The notes under the pieces are model-generated. The model was given only the letters and a program-made list of their open reading frames with translations, was not told where the DNA came from and did not search any database. The translations under genes were made by a program, and so were the position numbers. A stretch of 64,000 nt of DNA from the IMG/VR virus record IMGVR_UViG_3300031576_000009, positions 1-64,000 of that record. One strand, given 5' to 3'. The first letter of the stretch is position 1, and the number at the start of each line of letters is the position of its first letter. Below are positions 19,666 through 29,167 of this stretch, piece by piece. The stretch is from a virus.

Positions 19666-20027
19666 CAGTCCACATTGGCCGCGTACACAAGGTACCCTTC
19701 CACGCCGCCCCGTCGAAAGGAGCGCCACGTTCGTACTTGAACGATTCGTGCTCGCTGGAAGATCAACTGATCCCGTTGGTCACGCGCATCAGCGAGCTCT
19801 ATGCCGATCTTGAACGCGAACGGGGTGGGTCCGAAGCTGACCAGGAAGTCCCAGGAGAGCGTCTCCGTGTTGCCCTGTGGCACGAAGCGGTGACCGCCAG
19901 ACTCGTCGACCAGACACGGCGCTCGCTTGTAGTACTCGGTCACGGCCGCGCCGTAGTCGTTGGTGTCGATTCGCTGCGCTACATCGACCCGATGGACGAA
20001 GCTGCGAAGGAGGTAGTCCTGATCCAT
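19665..20027 (-). CDS. head closure / head-tail joining protein
   Basis: position in the neck module; NDYGA..Y...CLVD pattern. Confidence 0.6.
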   Translation of the reverse strand: MDQDYLLRSFVHRVDVAQRIDTNDYGAAVTEYYKRAPCLVDESGGHRFVPQGNTETLSWDFLVSFGPTPFAFKIGIELADARDQRDQLIFQRARIVQVRTWRSFRRGGVEGYLVYAANVD

Positions 20028-20031
20028 CGCC

Positions 20032-20625
20032 TCATTCGTAGGCAGGGTCCGGGCCCGAACCACGAACCAGGCGAGGGGTGACGCGATAGTACCGCAGGAG
20101 ATCGAACGCGTCGGGATGGAGCTTCAACGCGATTCCTGCGTACGAGTAGCTCTCGCTGATTCCGGCTCTTCCGGTACTCTGCGATGCAAGACCAGTGAAC
20201 TGCGCTTCGCGATCGAGGTGTCTTCCCGCATTGCGAAGCAGATGGACGGCCTGGATCGCGCACGCGCGCATCACACGCCTGTGCTGCTTGTTCAGGTACT
20301 CGTCCTGTTCGAGGAAGTTGAAGAAGTTGGCGTCCGACTCGGTCGCGCCGGCTCCTGGTGCGTACGGACCATACGGATCGATTCCGATACCAGTCGGCAC
20401 ACGCGGGTACGCGAGCGCCTGACGGTAGAAGTACCGCTGCCCGTGCCAGTTCATGGTATCGATGTCGCGGGTCGCCTGCGCCAGCGCTCGTGTGCGCTGT
20501 TCGGTGTTCGCCTCTGCCCACGGCTTCGAGTCGAGGAACTCGTCCGTGATGAAGCTGTTGGCGTCAGCGAGCCCCGCGTAGACGTTCGCAGAGGCACTTC
20601 CCCAGGTTGGAATGAGCGTGAGCAT
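20032..20625 (-). CDS. head-tail adaptor (family often annotated DnaT-like ssDNA-binding)
   Basis: ANVYAGLADANSF...RALAQATRDID...WHG...QALAYPR...ISESY. Confidence 0.8.
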   Translation of the reverse strand: MLTLIPTWGSASANVYAGLADANSFITDEFLDSKPWAEANTEQRTRALAQATRDIDTMNWHGQRYFYRQALAYPRVPTGIGIDPYGPYAPGAGATESDANFFNFLEQDEYLNKQHRRVMRACAIQAVHLLRNAGRHLDREAQFTGLASQSTGRAGISESYSYAGIALKLHPDAFDLLRYYRVTPRLVRGSGPDPAYE

Positions 20626-20771
20626 CAGGTGCGACGGGCGAGAAGACTACGGATCGCCTCAGCGACCCGACGGATGAAGCTGATCGCATCCGGTGATTCG
20701 TCCTGAGCTTCGAGCAGTTTCGCTTGCTCGCTCTCCGGAGAGCGCAGCCGATCCGGGTTCTCCTGGATCAC
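20625..20771 (-). CDS. small hypothetical protein (48 aa)
   Basis: fills the gap exactly with GTGA and TGATG overlaps: MIQENPDRLRSPESEQAKLLEAQDESPDAISFIRRVAEAIRSLLARRT. Confidence 0.55.
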   Translation of the reverse strand: MIQENPDRLRSPESEQAKLLEAQDESPDAISFIRRVAEAIRSLLARRT

Positions 20772-21100
20772 GCCGCGGCGCTCCGGTACAGCAGCGGAAT
20801 CCGATCGATCGCGCCCTGCATGTCAGAGATGGCTCGACAAATCTCTCCGTGCCATTGGTCCTTCGTGGTGGCCTTGATCGGGTGCATGCGCGGATTGGTG
20901 TGCTCGATGTCCTTGCGGACGTTTTCCAGCCGACCGATCACCGCTGCCCCGGCCAGCCCGAGATCGCGAATGAGATCGTGAAGCTCCGACTTCGGGCGCT
21001 CGACGACTGTCGGGCTGGAGACGCCAGCATCGCGGACTGGCTCCACCACCGGAGCTTCGGTACCGCGGCCCGCACGCTTCTTCTTGGGTCGCTTTTTCAT
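20768..21100 (-). CDS. hypothetical protein with basic N-terminus
   Basis: AAGGACGAG RBS; directly downstream of the capsid gene. Confidence 0.65.
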   Translation of the reverse strand: MKKRPKKKRAGRGTEAPVVEPVRDAGVSSPTVVERPKSELHDLIRDLGLAGAAVIGRLENVRKDIEHTNPRMHPIKATTKDQWHGEICRAISDMQGAIDRIPLLYRSAAA

Positions 21101-21117
21101 ACGGTACTCGTCCTTTC

Positions 21118-21156
21118 GGAAAGTAGGAGGCGGGGCCAGGGGAGACCCCGCCTCCC
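21118..21156 (-). terminator. strong hairpin after the capsid gene (weak terminator or mRNA stabiliser)
   Basis: GGGAGGCGGGGTC-TCCCCT-GGCCCCGCCTCCT then ACTTT; poor U-tract. Confidence 0.55.
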
Positions 21157-21171
21157 AAATAAGATGGTTTG

Positions 21172-22308
21172 TTAGACCACCTTCCCCTGGACCATGCCTT
21201 CCTGGTTGAGGACCTCCATCGTGTACTCACCGAGGAGCATCCCCTTCGTGGCGTCACCGGTCTGTGCCACCGGCTGGAACTGGAACGACCGTCCCTGGAG
21301 CGGCATGACCCGCACCCGAGGCGTCGCGATGATGGCGAACCGGTTCGGAGGCATCCACCGCGTGAGGAGCAGCGGCAGGCTGCCGTAGGTGCACTCGAAC
21401 ACCGACACGAGCTCGGTGTACACGCCTTCCTGTCCCGTGCCCTGCACGGTCTGGATGCGCGTGTTGTTGAAGCCGTCGACCGTGTGCTTGATGGTGTCGC
21501 CGCACACGATGAGGTTCACGTCGGTGCCACCCTGATCCCAGGCCTTCTTGACGGACTGGGTGAGGTTCTCCGCCGTGAGCGTGCCCCACGAATCGACGTT
21601 GGTCGTGATCTGCTGCAGGAGTCCCGCCATCGTCCGATAGGCCGACGCGGAACCGATCGTGTTGCCCGAGAGACGCGACAGGATGACCTGCTTCTCCAGG
21701 TCGCGGAGAACCTCACGGGTCTTCTTCTGGACCTGATGATCCCACTCGTCCGTGATGCCGCCGAGCATCGAGACGGCGCGCACGGTGCCGGAGATGATCA
21801 CATCCTTCTTGACGATCATCGTGTAGTTCGTCTTGCGGGTCCGCGGACGGCTGGTGTCCACCGTCACGTCGGCACCGTCGAGAGCCGTGTCACCGATGAC
21901 CGAGTAGCTCGCACCGACCGCGACCGAGTTCGCGACCGTGCCACCGAAGGCCCGGCTGACCGTGATGGTGTTGCCGGCGATAGCGATGATCTGGAAGTAC
22001 TCGGCACCGCTTGCCTCCGGTCCACGGAGGATGGCACCAACCTGTAGGAACGTAGCCAGTCCGCCTGCGATTCCGATCTGCGTGTCGACCGTGGTCGAGG
22101 TGATTGCGGCGGACCCGACGATCGTGTTCGGGCCGAGACTGTCTTCCAGCCACTCGTGAAGAACCGAGCGAGCTGGGTACGGGGCATCGCCGAGTGCGGC
22201 GAGCAGCGGCGTCTCGAACGGCGAGATCATCGAGATGAGGTCGGAGACATCCTCCGCCACACCCGTCATCACACCGTTGTCATAGATCGCCCGTCCGGTG
22301 AAAGGCAT
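21172..22308 (-). CDS. major capsid protein, SU10/DUF5309 type, with inserted beta domain
   Basis: EDVSDLISMISPFETPLL...HEWLED...NYTMI...TMAGL...TGDATKGMLLGEYTMEV. Confidence 0.92.
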   Translation of the reverse strand: MPFTGRAIYDNGVMTGVAEDVSDLISMISPFETPLLAALGDAPYPARSVLHEWLEDSLGPNTIVGSAAITSTTVDTQIGIAGGLATFLQVGAILRGPEASGAEYFQIIAIAGNTITVSRAFGGTVANSVAVGASYSVIGDTALDGADVTVDTSRPRTRKTNYTMIVKKDVIISGTVRAVSMLGGITDEWDHQVQKKTREVLRDLEKQVILSRLSGNTIGSASAYRTMAGLLQQITTNVDSWGTLTAENLTQSVKKAWDQGGTDVNLIVCGDTIKHTVDGFNNTRIQTVQGTGQEGVYTELVSVFECTYGSLPLLLTRWMPPNRFAIIATPRVRVMPLQGRSFQFQPVAQTGDATKGMLLGEYTMEVLNQEGMVQGKVV

Positions 22309-22403
22309 GAGCTTCAGCTCCTATGACTCATCATCTTCTCCAGCTTGTCTGATGGAAGACATTGTTTCCGACCTTTCCCCCGAACGAGCGCTCTTCCGGT
22401 GAG

Positions 22404-23402
22404 CTACGCGCCGAGGCTCCCCTTTGCTTTCTGCTGCTGTTCCTTGGCCTCGCGAATCTGACGCTTCAGATTCTGGTACTCGGACACGTCAGACGGGCGT
22501 CCCGACTTCCGTGCACGTACTTCGGCGTCGGCGAGCTTCGCTTCGAGCCCCTTGATCTGCTGATCCGAAGGCGCTCCACGACCTCCACCGGAACCCGCAC
22601 CGCCGTCTCCATTGGCCGCTTCGACGAGGAAGGGCATCTTCTGGAGAGCGGCAGCAACGCCCTCCGCGATCGAGACGATCGAACCATCCTTCTGCCTGTA
22701 CACGAACGACTTCTGCTTATCGTCCCAGACAACGTTCTCGCGCAGGACCTTCACGCCGACTTCGAGGTCGACGCACCGATTCTTCTGCAGTGCGGTGGCG
22801 AGCTCGGTGTCCCGAATTGCCGACGCCCTGGCCGTATCGGCTTCCTGCCGGAGCTTGCGCTCCTCCACGACCATCTTCCTGGTCTCGTCGTTGTCCTTCT
22901 TCTGCTGGTCGAGCGCATCGATCGCGCTCTTCAGCTGCTTGCCCTGGATGAACTGCGCCTTCTTCCAGGCTCGGTACGCGGCCGGGTCCTTGATACCGTT
23001 CGGGATCGTCAGCTCACGCTCGAACTCTTCGAGCTCGGGGAATGGGCTGTCCTTTCCGTTGCCGGTACCGCTGCCCGCACCGTCCCCTTCGAGGTCGCCA
23101 GCGGCCTCTTCGAGGAGCTGCTTCAGCGTGGTGTAGTCGGTGTTGAGCGCATCGAACGCTTCGCGATCCTTCTCGCGAGCCGTACGCTCCGCCTTCAGCT
23201 TCGCCTCGTGCTTGTCGCTCTCACGCTTGATGATACTGTTGAGAAGCTCCTGCTGCTCGGTCGTGAAGACGACCTTCGGCTTCTCCCCGCTACCGTCTCC
23301 GGTACCGGTACCGGTTCCGCCCCCGGCGTCACCACCACCGTCGACTGAACAAAACCGTCCAACGAACACGAGATTCCCGTACTGGTCTCTTACGTACATC
23401 AC
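22404..23402 (-). CDS. capsid scaffolding protein
   Basis: Gly-rich N-terminus, FTTEQQELLN, coiled coil, PFLV...GAGSGG C-terminus; between portal and capsid. Confidence 0.8.
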   Translation of the reverse strand: MMYVRDQYGNLVFVGRFCSVDGGGDAGGGTGTGTGDGSGEKPKVVFTTEQQELLNSIIKRESDKHEAKLKAERTAREKDREAFDALNTDYTTLKQLLEEAAGDLEGDGAGSGTGNGKDSPFPELEEFERELTIPNGIKDPAAYRAWKKAQFIQGKQLKSAIDALDQQKKDNDETRKMVVEERKLRQEADTARASAIRDTELATALQKNRCVDLEVGVKVLRENVVWDDKQKSFVYRQKDGSIVSIAEGVAAALQKMPFLVEAANGDGGAGSGGGRGAPSDQQIKGLEAKLADAEVRARKSGRPSDVSEYQNLKRQIREAKEQQQKAKGSLGA

Positions 23403-25243
23403 TTCCCTCCTTTGTCACCCGCGGAGTCGCGGTTCTTGCCCTTCGCTTTCTTCGCGGAAGGTCGCTTCTCGCCCTTTTTAGGAGGAGCTGGTGCTTCCTC
23501 CTCGTCCTCGTTCGGAGTCAGCGGCGATCGACTGATCTCCTCTGCGGTAGCCGGCGTTGCTGCCGGCTGTTGCGTTGGGTCGAAGTACATCGGCCCAAAG
23601 CCTGTGATCACGAGCTCCGGCATCACCTCGATTTCGGCGCTGATGAACTGATTCAGCAACGGCGATGCGTTACGAAGCATCTTGCGCACGAGTCGCTTCT
23701 CCACCTCGCGCTTGAAGGTCGGCGACCGAATGGTCTGCTTCGCCTTCAGCACGATGTCGAGCTCATCCGCAAAAGACTCCACGCTGAAGTCATCCGGGTA
23801 GTCGACGGTGCCCTGCCACTCGATGCCAAGCCACGCATGCCAGATACGGTGAATCTGGTTCTCGGCCATCTCGATCTCGTCCGCATGCTCGGCCAAGGTT
23901 CGGTTCGTCTCGTTGAACTCGAATGCCTGGGCGATACCGGACGGGACCTTCTGCGGCTGTACCAGACCGAGACCGCCCCCGAGCTTCGCGAGGCGATACA
24001 CCTCGTCCCGCGCCCGATCGATCATGGAGGCGATGAACGCACCCGGATCGGTCGACGGGGCCAGGAAGAACGGAGCGGTCGTGCCTTCCCACTCCAGCAC
24101 GTTGTCGCTCCCGATCGTGACTTCCTGCTTCTGCTCACGATCACGCTGCATGCAGAGGATGTTCAGCGTCTTCTGGTAGACCTCTTCATCGACCAAGCTC
24201 GACCAGTTGAGGATCGCGATGTTGATCCGGCAGATGTCCGCGATGAGGGAGACGCCGAACGACGGGTACTGACTGTGCCGCTTGTTGAAGAGCGTCACGA
24301 CCGGCACGCGTCCACACGGGTGCGCGCCGCGACCGATCTCCTGTGCCTGCCCGTTCTCCACCTGATGAATGAACCACGCATCGCGTGTCCAGGTGCGATA
24401 GATACCGTCGACCCGTCCCATCGGCCGCTCAGGACCGACGTACCGACCAGGAGTCTGCCGTCCTGACGGACCGAAGCTGCCGACAAACGCCGAGGCGCCG
24501 TAGCGGGCGATCGGCGCTCCACCACGCGGCGAGAACGGATCATTCTTCTCGGGAAGCGGCTCGCGGAACCGGCACCACAGAAACTCGCCGTTCTCGTCCA
24601 CGCCCCAGTCCGGCATCTCGGACGGGAAGTAGGTGGTCAAGTACGGACGCTGTCCGTACTTCAGCCGATCGGCCTCGCTACGAATCGTCGCGCCCTCGGG
24701 CAGCCGGGGCATGTCGACGACGATGTACACGTGCCCGAATGTGAACGCGTAGCGTGCCGCATCGGCCATGTACCGATCGATCGAGTTCCCCTTTCGATCG
24801 ACGTTGCGCAGCCAGTTCGCCCATTCGCTGGCCTCGGGCGATTCCGGCATGTCGCCGAGTTCACTCAAGCTCCCGAGCCCGAGGTTTTCGAGCACGTCGC
24901 CTTCGTACGACGGTGTCCGCAGCAGCTCTTCCGGTGTCTCCTTCCGCACCACCGGCTTCGCGAAGATGTAGTGCGTGTAGAGATCGACGACTGGCTGGCA
25001 GTAATTCAGGTAGTAGAGCCGCAGCCGACGCATGTCGATCGACTTCTGGCTCTCGCGGAGATGCTGGAACAGGTACCGCTCCAGGTGCTCACCCTCGTAG
25101 CAGTCGATGAAGCGGGTCCAGCGCGGCAGGAACTCCTGGTAGCGCGGGTGCGAGTCCGTCAACGCCCGCAGCATCACCTCGCCCCCCGGAGGGCTGATCA
25201 CGCCTTGCTGTTGCTGGCGGCGGAGTTGGCGAATGACGGCCAT
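23399..25243 (-). CDS. portal protein (DUF4055/SPP1-like)
   Basis: YLNYCQPVVD, NVDRKGNSID, GHVYIVVDMP, RPYL, GRVPVV, SGIA, IDYP-like VDYPDDF; start by TGATG overlap. Confidence 0.9.
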   Translation of the reverse strand: MAVIRQLRRQQQQGVISPPGGEVMLRALTDSHPRYQEFLPRWTRFIDCYEGEHLERYLFQHLRESQKSIDMRRLRLYYLNYCQPVVDLYTHYIFAKPVVRKETPEELLRTPSYEGDVLENLGLGSLSELGDMPESPEASEWANWLRNVDRKGNSIDRYMADAARYAFTFGHVYIVVDMPRLPEGATIRSEADRLKYGQRPYLTTYFPSEMPDWGVDENGEFLWCRFREPLPEKNDPFSPRGGAPIARYGASAFVGSFGPSGRQTPGRYVGPERPMGRVDGIYRTWTRDAWFIHQVENGQAQEIGRGAHPCGRVPVVTLFNKRHSQYPSFGVSLIADICRINIAILNWSSLVDEEVYQKTLNILCMQRDREQKQEVTIGSDNVLEWEGTTAPFFLAPSTDPGAFIASMIDRARDEVYRLAKLGGGLGLVQPQKVPSGIAQAFEFNETNRTLAEHADEIEMAENQIHRIWHAWLGIEWQGTVDYPDDFSVESFADELDIVLKAKQTIRSPTFKREVEKRLVRKMLRNASPLLNQFISAEIEVMPELVITGFGPMYFDPTQQPAATPATAEEISRSPLTPNEDEEEAPAPPKKGEKRPSAKKAKGKNRDSAGDKGGK

Positions 25244-25488
25244 CAACGAATGAGCGCGTGTTCGTGCCGCATCAGATTGCAGGGACCACAGCGCCAGTGC
25301 CGGATGAGCCCGCGACGATTCGAGTGCACGACCTCCGAGTGCAGGACCATCGGGCCACCACACTGATCGCAGGTCTGCACAGCCACGGTGACCGGCTCGT
25401 GCTTCTCCTCGACCTGTCCAGGGAATGGCATCGCAGCGATCTCTGCGAGTGCTGCACAGAGATTGTCCAGGCCCTCAGTGGCTTGCAT
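25243..25488 (-). CDS. small Zn-ribbon protein
   Basis: CDQC...CGPC; overlaps both neighbours. Confidence 0.6.
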   Translation of the reverse strand: MQATEGLDNLCAALAEIAAMPFPGQVEEKHEPVTVAVQTCDQCGGPMVLHSEVVHSNRRGLIRHWRCGPCNLMRHEHALIR

Positions 25489-27869
25489 CAGTACAAACTC
25501 TCCATGCGTCGCGTGCGGACGGACGCGGCTCGCGTGCCGTAGCTGTACACGGCGTAGCGCAGGGCGTCGCTTGCGTGGTCGTTCTGCTTCACGATGACAT
25601 CCCGATTCGCGGTGCCGTCCCGTTCTACCTTGTGGCAGTACAAAGCACCGAGCTCTGCACGCAGTTTAGAACACCACTTGAAGATTCTCAATAGCGGCAG
25701 TTGCGTGGTCGGCTGCCGGCGGAACATGGCCTTCACCCGGTTGATTCCAGCGTAGACATCGTTGTTCGCTGGAATGAGGGATGGCCCGTTGTACCGACGC
25801 AAGTACTTCTGGAGATCGATGATCGCCTGCTTGCCGCTCGGGTCCGGGAACACCCACTCTTTCGAGCCGAAATCCGGGCTTGTACCGATCTGATCGGCGT
25901 GTCCTTCGAGTGGCCGGTCCTGATCACAGTAGTACTCGTGGTAGACGTACCAGGTCCCGCTGTGTGGATCGATGGCGCACTTCAGGTAGACGAAGTGCGA
26001 GCCGAAATCGATACCGGAGACGCGGGTCCAGTCGGCTGGGATTGGGAACGGATCACAGAGCCAAGGCTCCTCATCACGGAAGTGATCCCCGTACACGAGG
26101 ATCGCGCCGGAGGGGCGCAGATTCCGCCACTGCGTGTCCCAGGTATCCTTGTCGAGGAGCTGGACCTTCTTGACGAAGTCGTCGATCTTGTACCACCCGT
26201 CGCAGCTGTGGGCGATGCCGCCGCACATCTTCTCTTTGCGGCCATCCGGCATCAGCATCTCGTACGCCGGGCAGTCGCCGTACGTCTTGTCGCCCTGACA
26301 CTGACGCGTGCACTTCTCTAGCACCTCGAAGATGCACCACGAGTGGACCTTGATCTTCTTGTTGGCCGCCTCGTCGAGGAGCCGCTGCATCGTCCCCTTC
26401 TGGAACTTCCGGGTACTGGTCAGCGTGTCCTGGGCCTTCCATCCACCCTTCTCCATGGACATCTGCAAACCTTCTTGCAGCACGACCCACGGCATGAGCT
26501 CGATCTCGTCGCAGTTATGGACGAGGACGCCTTCTACGATGAAGCAGCGAACTCCGGGAACAGTCAGATCGTAAACAGGGCCGGTGGGTCCGCGATCAAC
26601 TGCAACAACCTCCACCACAGGTGCATGTGTTCGGTCCGTGCGTAGATCACGCGAAATCCCGTGGCTTCGAGCTCGATCTTCTTGCGTGCATCGCGCTCGA
26701 TCGATCGAGGCAAGTCGTGCCAGTACTGCCCGTGCACTTCGATCACTACGTTCCTGGTCAGGAGCACAAAATCGAGAATCCACTGCCTCCACACCACCTG
26801 ATGCTGAAAGGTCAAACCCCACAACCGAAGCAGCTCGATCATGCGATGCTCGGCTGATGAAACGAACCGTTTCGATCCTCGCCAACGCGCGGCGACCCGC
26901 TTCTCGTTCATCACCAGATGCGTACACTTCCGACAATGTTTCGTGTAACGCGTCGAGAGTGGTTTTCCACAACCTGGACACGGTTGCGGACGCCACCGAC
27001 TCGCTGCCTTCTCCAGCTTCCAACATTCGCGGCACAGATGTAGCCGCGTTGGTTGATGGCCATGAAGTTGCCGTTCGCACTTCGTACAGAAGTGAATCGC
27101 GAGCCGACGAACAGGGCCACGCCGTCCCAAGTTTGGTGCCAGCTTTGCAACGATCAGCGCGCAGCCACACTCCCTCGGCAGTGAGGAGACCGTGGTCTGG
27201 AGTACAGATGAGTGTTCGTCCGTTCGAGAGGTGGAGACGGATTGTCGCTTCAATTCCGGTTTGGCGAACTTCCGTGACATATCCGGTCGAAACGCGTTCG
27301 CCGGGGCGGATGAACTTGATCGCTTTGGTCGTGCCATCCGCCATCAATACACCACACTCCTCGAAAATGCAACGGAACTTGTTCGGGTGTGGTGAATTCA
27401 TACCATGATAGGTCCCCGCGATGATCTTCACCTTCGAGCCGTTCCAGAATTGGGTCTCCTTCATCAGCGGGCCACGCATGACCTGCTGGAAGAGGAGTCC
27501 TTCGTCGGTGAGGAATCGCATGAAGTACTCGTACCCACGATTCGCCTGCTCCATGATGGCGCCCGCAGAGCAGACTTCGACGCCTGGCTTGAAGAGCGCA
27601 TCGAGGATGTTGAGGATCGCGACCAGGAGCGTCTTGCCCCCACCGCGATTGGCGAATCCGATCGAGGTCCTGACCCGCTCGAAGAACTGATCAGAGAGGA
27701 AGTCCATCGGAGAGCAGTGCTGGGGGCATATCTTCTGTCGGGGCACACGGAAGCCGAAAAACTCCCAGACGAAGTCCCAGAGTTCGTCCTCCGTCCGCAG
27801 TCCGCGTTCGAGATGGTACTGGAACAGACTGCGACGGAGAACGTCCTTCGATGGAGCAGCGATTCCCAC
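25488..27869 (-). CDS. terL: terminase large subunit, intein-containing
   Basis: Walker A ANRGGGKT; Walker B KFR|CDEIE split by the intein; nuclease GIDFG...DPSG...NDHASDALRY. Confidence 0.95.
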   Translation of the reverse strand: MGIAAPSKDVLRRSLFQYHLERGLRTEDELWDFVWEFFGFRVPRQKICPQHCSPMDFLSDQFFERVRTSIGFANRGGGKTLLVAILNILDALFKPGVEVCSAGAIMEQANRGYEYFMRFLTDEGLLFQQVMRGPLMKETQFWNGSKVKIIAGTYHGMNSPHPNKFRCIFEECGVLMADGTTKAIKFIRPGERVSTGYVTEVRQTGIEATIRLHLSNGRTLICTPDHGLLTAEGVWLRADRCKAGTKLGTAWPCSSARDSLLYEVRTATSWPSTNAATSVPRMLEAGEGSESVASATVSRLWKTTLDALHETLSEVYASGDEREAGRRALARIETVRFISRASHDRAASVVGFDLSASGGVEAVDSRFCAPDQERSDRSARAVLARLASIDRARCTQEDRARSHGISRDLRTDRTHAPVVEVVAVDRGPTGPVYDLTVPGVRCFIVEGVLVHNCDEIELMPWVVLQEGLQMSMEKGGWKAQDTLTSTRKFQKGTMQRLLDEAANKKIKVHSWCIFEVLEKCTRQCQGDKTYGDCPAYEMLMPDGRKEKMCGGIAHSCDGWYKIDDFVKKVQLLDKDTWDTQWRNLRPSGAILVYGDHFRDEEPWLCDPFPIPADWTRVSGIDFGSHFVYLKCAIDPHSGTWYVYHEYYCDQDRPLEGHADQIGTSPDFGSKEWVFPDPSGKQAIIDLQKYLRRYNGPSLIPANNDVYAGINRVKAMFRRQPTTQLPLLRIFKWCSKLRAELGALYCHKVERDGTANRDVIVKQNDHASDALRYAVYSYGTRAASVRTRRMESLY
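26514..27371 (-). mobile_element. intein (286 aa) inserted in TerL Walker B
   Basis: C1 (CIFEECGVLMADG), block B ICTPDH, block F VYDLTV, block G VLVHN|C. Confidence 0.93.
26564..27337 (-). CDS. Zn-finger + Vsr/DUF559-type endonuclease nested in the +1 frame of the TerL intein (start uncertain)
   Basis: CTKC/CREC/CPGC/CRKC then SSAE...QVV...ILDF...VIEVHGQYWH...ERDARK...LEATGFRVI. Confidence 0.85.
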   Translation of the reverse strand: MARPKRSSSSAPANAFRPDMSRKFAKPELKRQSVSTSRTDEHSSVLQTTVSSLPRECGCALIVAKLAPNLGRRGPVRRLAIHFCTKCERQLHGHQPTRLHLCRECWKLEKAASRWRPQPCPGCGKPLSTRYTKHCRKCTHLVMNEKRVAARWRGSKRFVSSAEHRMIELLRLWGLTFQHQVVWRQWILDFVLLTRNVVIEVHGQYWHDLPRSIERDARKKIELEATGFRVIYARTEHMHLWWRLLQLIADPPALFTI

Positions 27870-28226
27870 TTACGGCTTCGGCTCCACCGCTCCCAGCGCT
27901 CCGTGCAGTGCGGTCGCTTCGCCATTGTCGACACGCGAGAAGAACGCGTTCATCGTGTCGAGCTGGTCCCTCAGATCGCGGAACTCGGGGCCAGAAACCA
28001 ACCGCTGTGGCAGGTCTGGATGCCCATCGTCACGGAGCTCGGCGTTTGCTGCGATCGATACCTGCAACAGACGCTCACGTCGCTCGTAGTCTACGATCGC
28101 TCGCTGAGCGACCTCCCGAGCCGTATTGATGTTCGTGCGCGCGAAGTCACGAGCACCTTCCAGCTCTTTCTGTACGACTTCGAGAGCAGCCTCCTGCTCC
28201 ACAATCGCATCCGTCGTTGCGCTCAT
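27870..28226 (-). CDS. hypothetical coiled-coil protein (in the terminase small subunit position)
   Basis: abuts the terL start; no HTH recognised. Confidence 0.6.
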   Translation of the reverse strand: MSATTDAIVEQEAALEVVQKELEGARDFARTNINTAREVAQRAIVDYERRERLLQVSIAANAELRDDGHPDLPQRLVSGPEFRDLRDQLDTMNAFFSRVDNGEATALHGALGAVEPKP

Positions 28227-28244
28227 CGATTGTCCCCGTGGTTG

Positions 28245-28589
28245 TTACGGCTTCGGAACAGCCACGCCGAGCCCACCACCCAGACTCACCGCGCGAGGAT
28301 TGCTGTAGTGCATCGTGACGGTGTCGTGGATGACCTCGTTCTGGTCTACGCCAGGGTCGGGGTTCGGATCACCGCCGATGTCGTACACTGTGTCGTCCGG
28401 CGTCGAGCCGGAGACCAGCATGACCTGGTGCACCGGATTTCCCGGGTCCTGTATGAACGTTCCCGATCCGCTGAGGACTGTGACCTGCAGCGCACCGTCG
28501 ATTGTGGCCGGAGCGCCCTTCTGGGTCTGCGGTGCCGCGTTGTACGGCACCATCTCCTCGATCGTGCAAGAACCTTCCAATGCTCCCAT
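28245..28589 (-). CDS. hypothetical beta-rich (Ig-like?) protein
   Basis: GGAGGGAAG RBS; acidic, beta-strand-rich. Confidence 0.6.
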   Translation of the reverse strand: MGALEGSCTIEEMVPYNAAPQTQKGAPATIDGALQVTVLSGSGTFIQDPGNPVHQVMLVSGSTPDDTVYDIGGDPNPDPGVDQNEVIHDTVTMHYSNPRAVSLGGGLGVAVPKP

Positions 28590-28607
28590 CGTCTCTTCCC
28601 TCCTCTC

Positions 28608-28970
28608 TTATGCACCGAACTGGCCGGTACTTGATGTCTGTCTCGCCTCCGCGTCCTGACTCACCTTCGCGATCCAGAGAGTTCCTCCCGCTGCATCCTG
28701 AATCGCGGAAACGAAGCTGAAATCTCCGGTGAAGAACACCATGGGTATCTTCGCCGGGATGAACAGATCATTCGCTGCGACTGCTGCCACCGCGTTGTTG
28801 TACCCAAACTTGATGTGGGCATCCGTTGTCGCGATCAGGAGATACGGCGTATTCCTGGCCAACACGGTACTGACACCCGCAGTGGCGGTGTACGCGACCT
28901 TCTGCACGTTCGCAGGATCGACCACACCGCCGAGGGCCAGCAGCTGCCACAGAAGGTCTCGTACCGACAT
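28608..28970 (-). CDS. hypothetical virion-associated protein
   Basis: GGAGG RBS; short beta-sandwich type sequence (LIATTDAHIKFG...GTLWI). Confidence 0.6.
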   Translation of the reverse strand: MSVRDLLWQLLALGGVVDPANVQKVAYTATAGVSTVLARNTPYLLIATTDAHIKFGYNNAVAAVAANDLFIPAKIPMVFFTGDFSFVSAIQDAAGGTLWIAKVSQDAEARQTSSTGQFGA

Positions 28971-28982
28971 CGTTTACCTCCC

Positions 28983-29156
28983 TCAGGTGTTGTCGACGCA
29001 GTCTCGTCCGCGGTGCATGACGCCTGCCGTGTCCTTGAACTGGAACCGACAGACAGCACCACGCGTGGAGCTGACCGTCACGGATGTTCCGAGCCGGCTA
29101 TCGCTGCACGAATCGCCAGCCTTGATCTCTTTGCCGTTCTTGTCGATGCAGGCCAT
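28983..29156 (-). CDS. small hypothetical protein (57 aa)
   Basis: GGGAGG RBS; MACIDKNGKEIKAGDSC...CVDNT. Confidence 0.6.
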   Translation of the reverse strand: MACIDKNGKEIKAGDSCSDSRLGTSVTVSSTRGAVCRFQFKDTAGVMHRGRDCVDNT

Positions 29157-29167
29157 ACATCCTCCCT

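Noticed and set aside
20032-20625. DnaT-like replication protein
   Set aside because: Its position between capsid and head-closure genes indicates a head-tail adaptor.
22309-22403. Intergenic region before the capsid gene as a ribozyme or promoter
   Set aside because: Only a short hairpin; no complete hammerhead core and no GGTCYA-N17-GATACT match.
23399-25363. ORF-track starts for portal and several other genes (19728, 20063, 29656, 33185, 39678, 41678, 56165, 57478, 61046)
   Set aside because: Downstream starts have RBSs or ATGA/TGATG overlaps; coordinates were trimmed accordingly.
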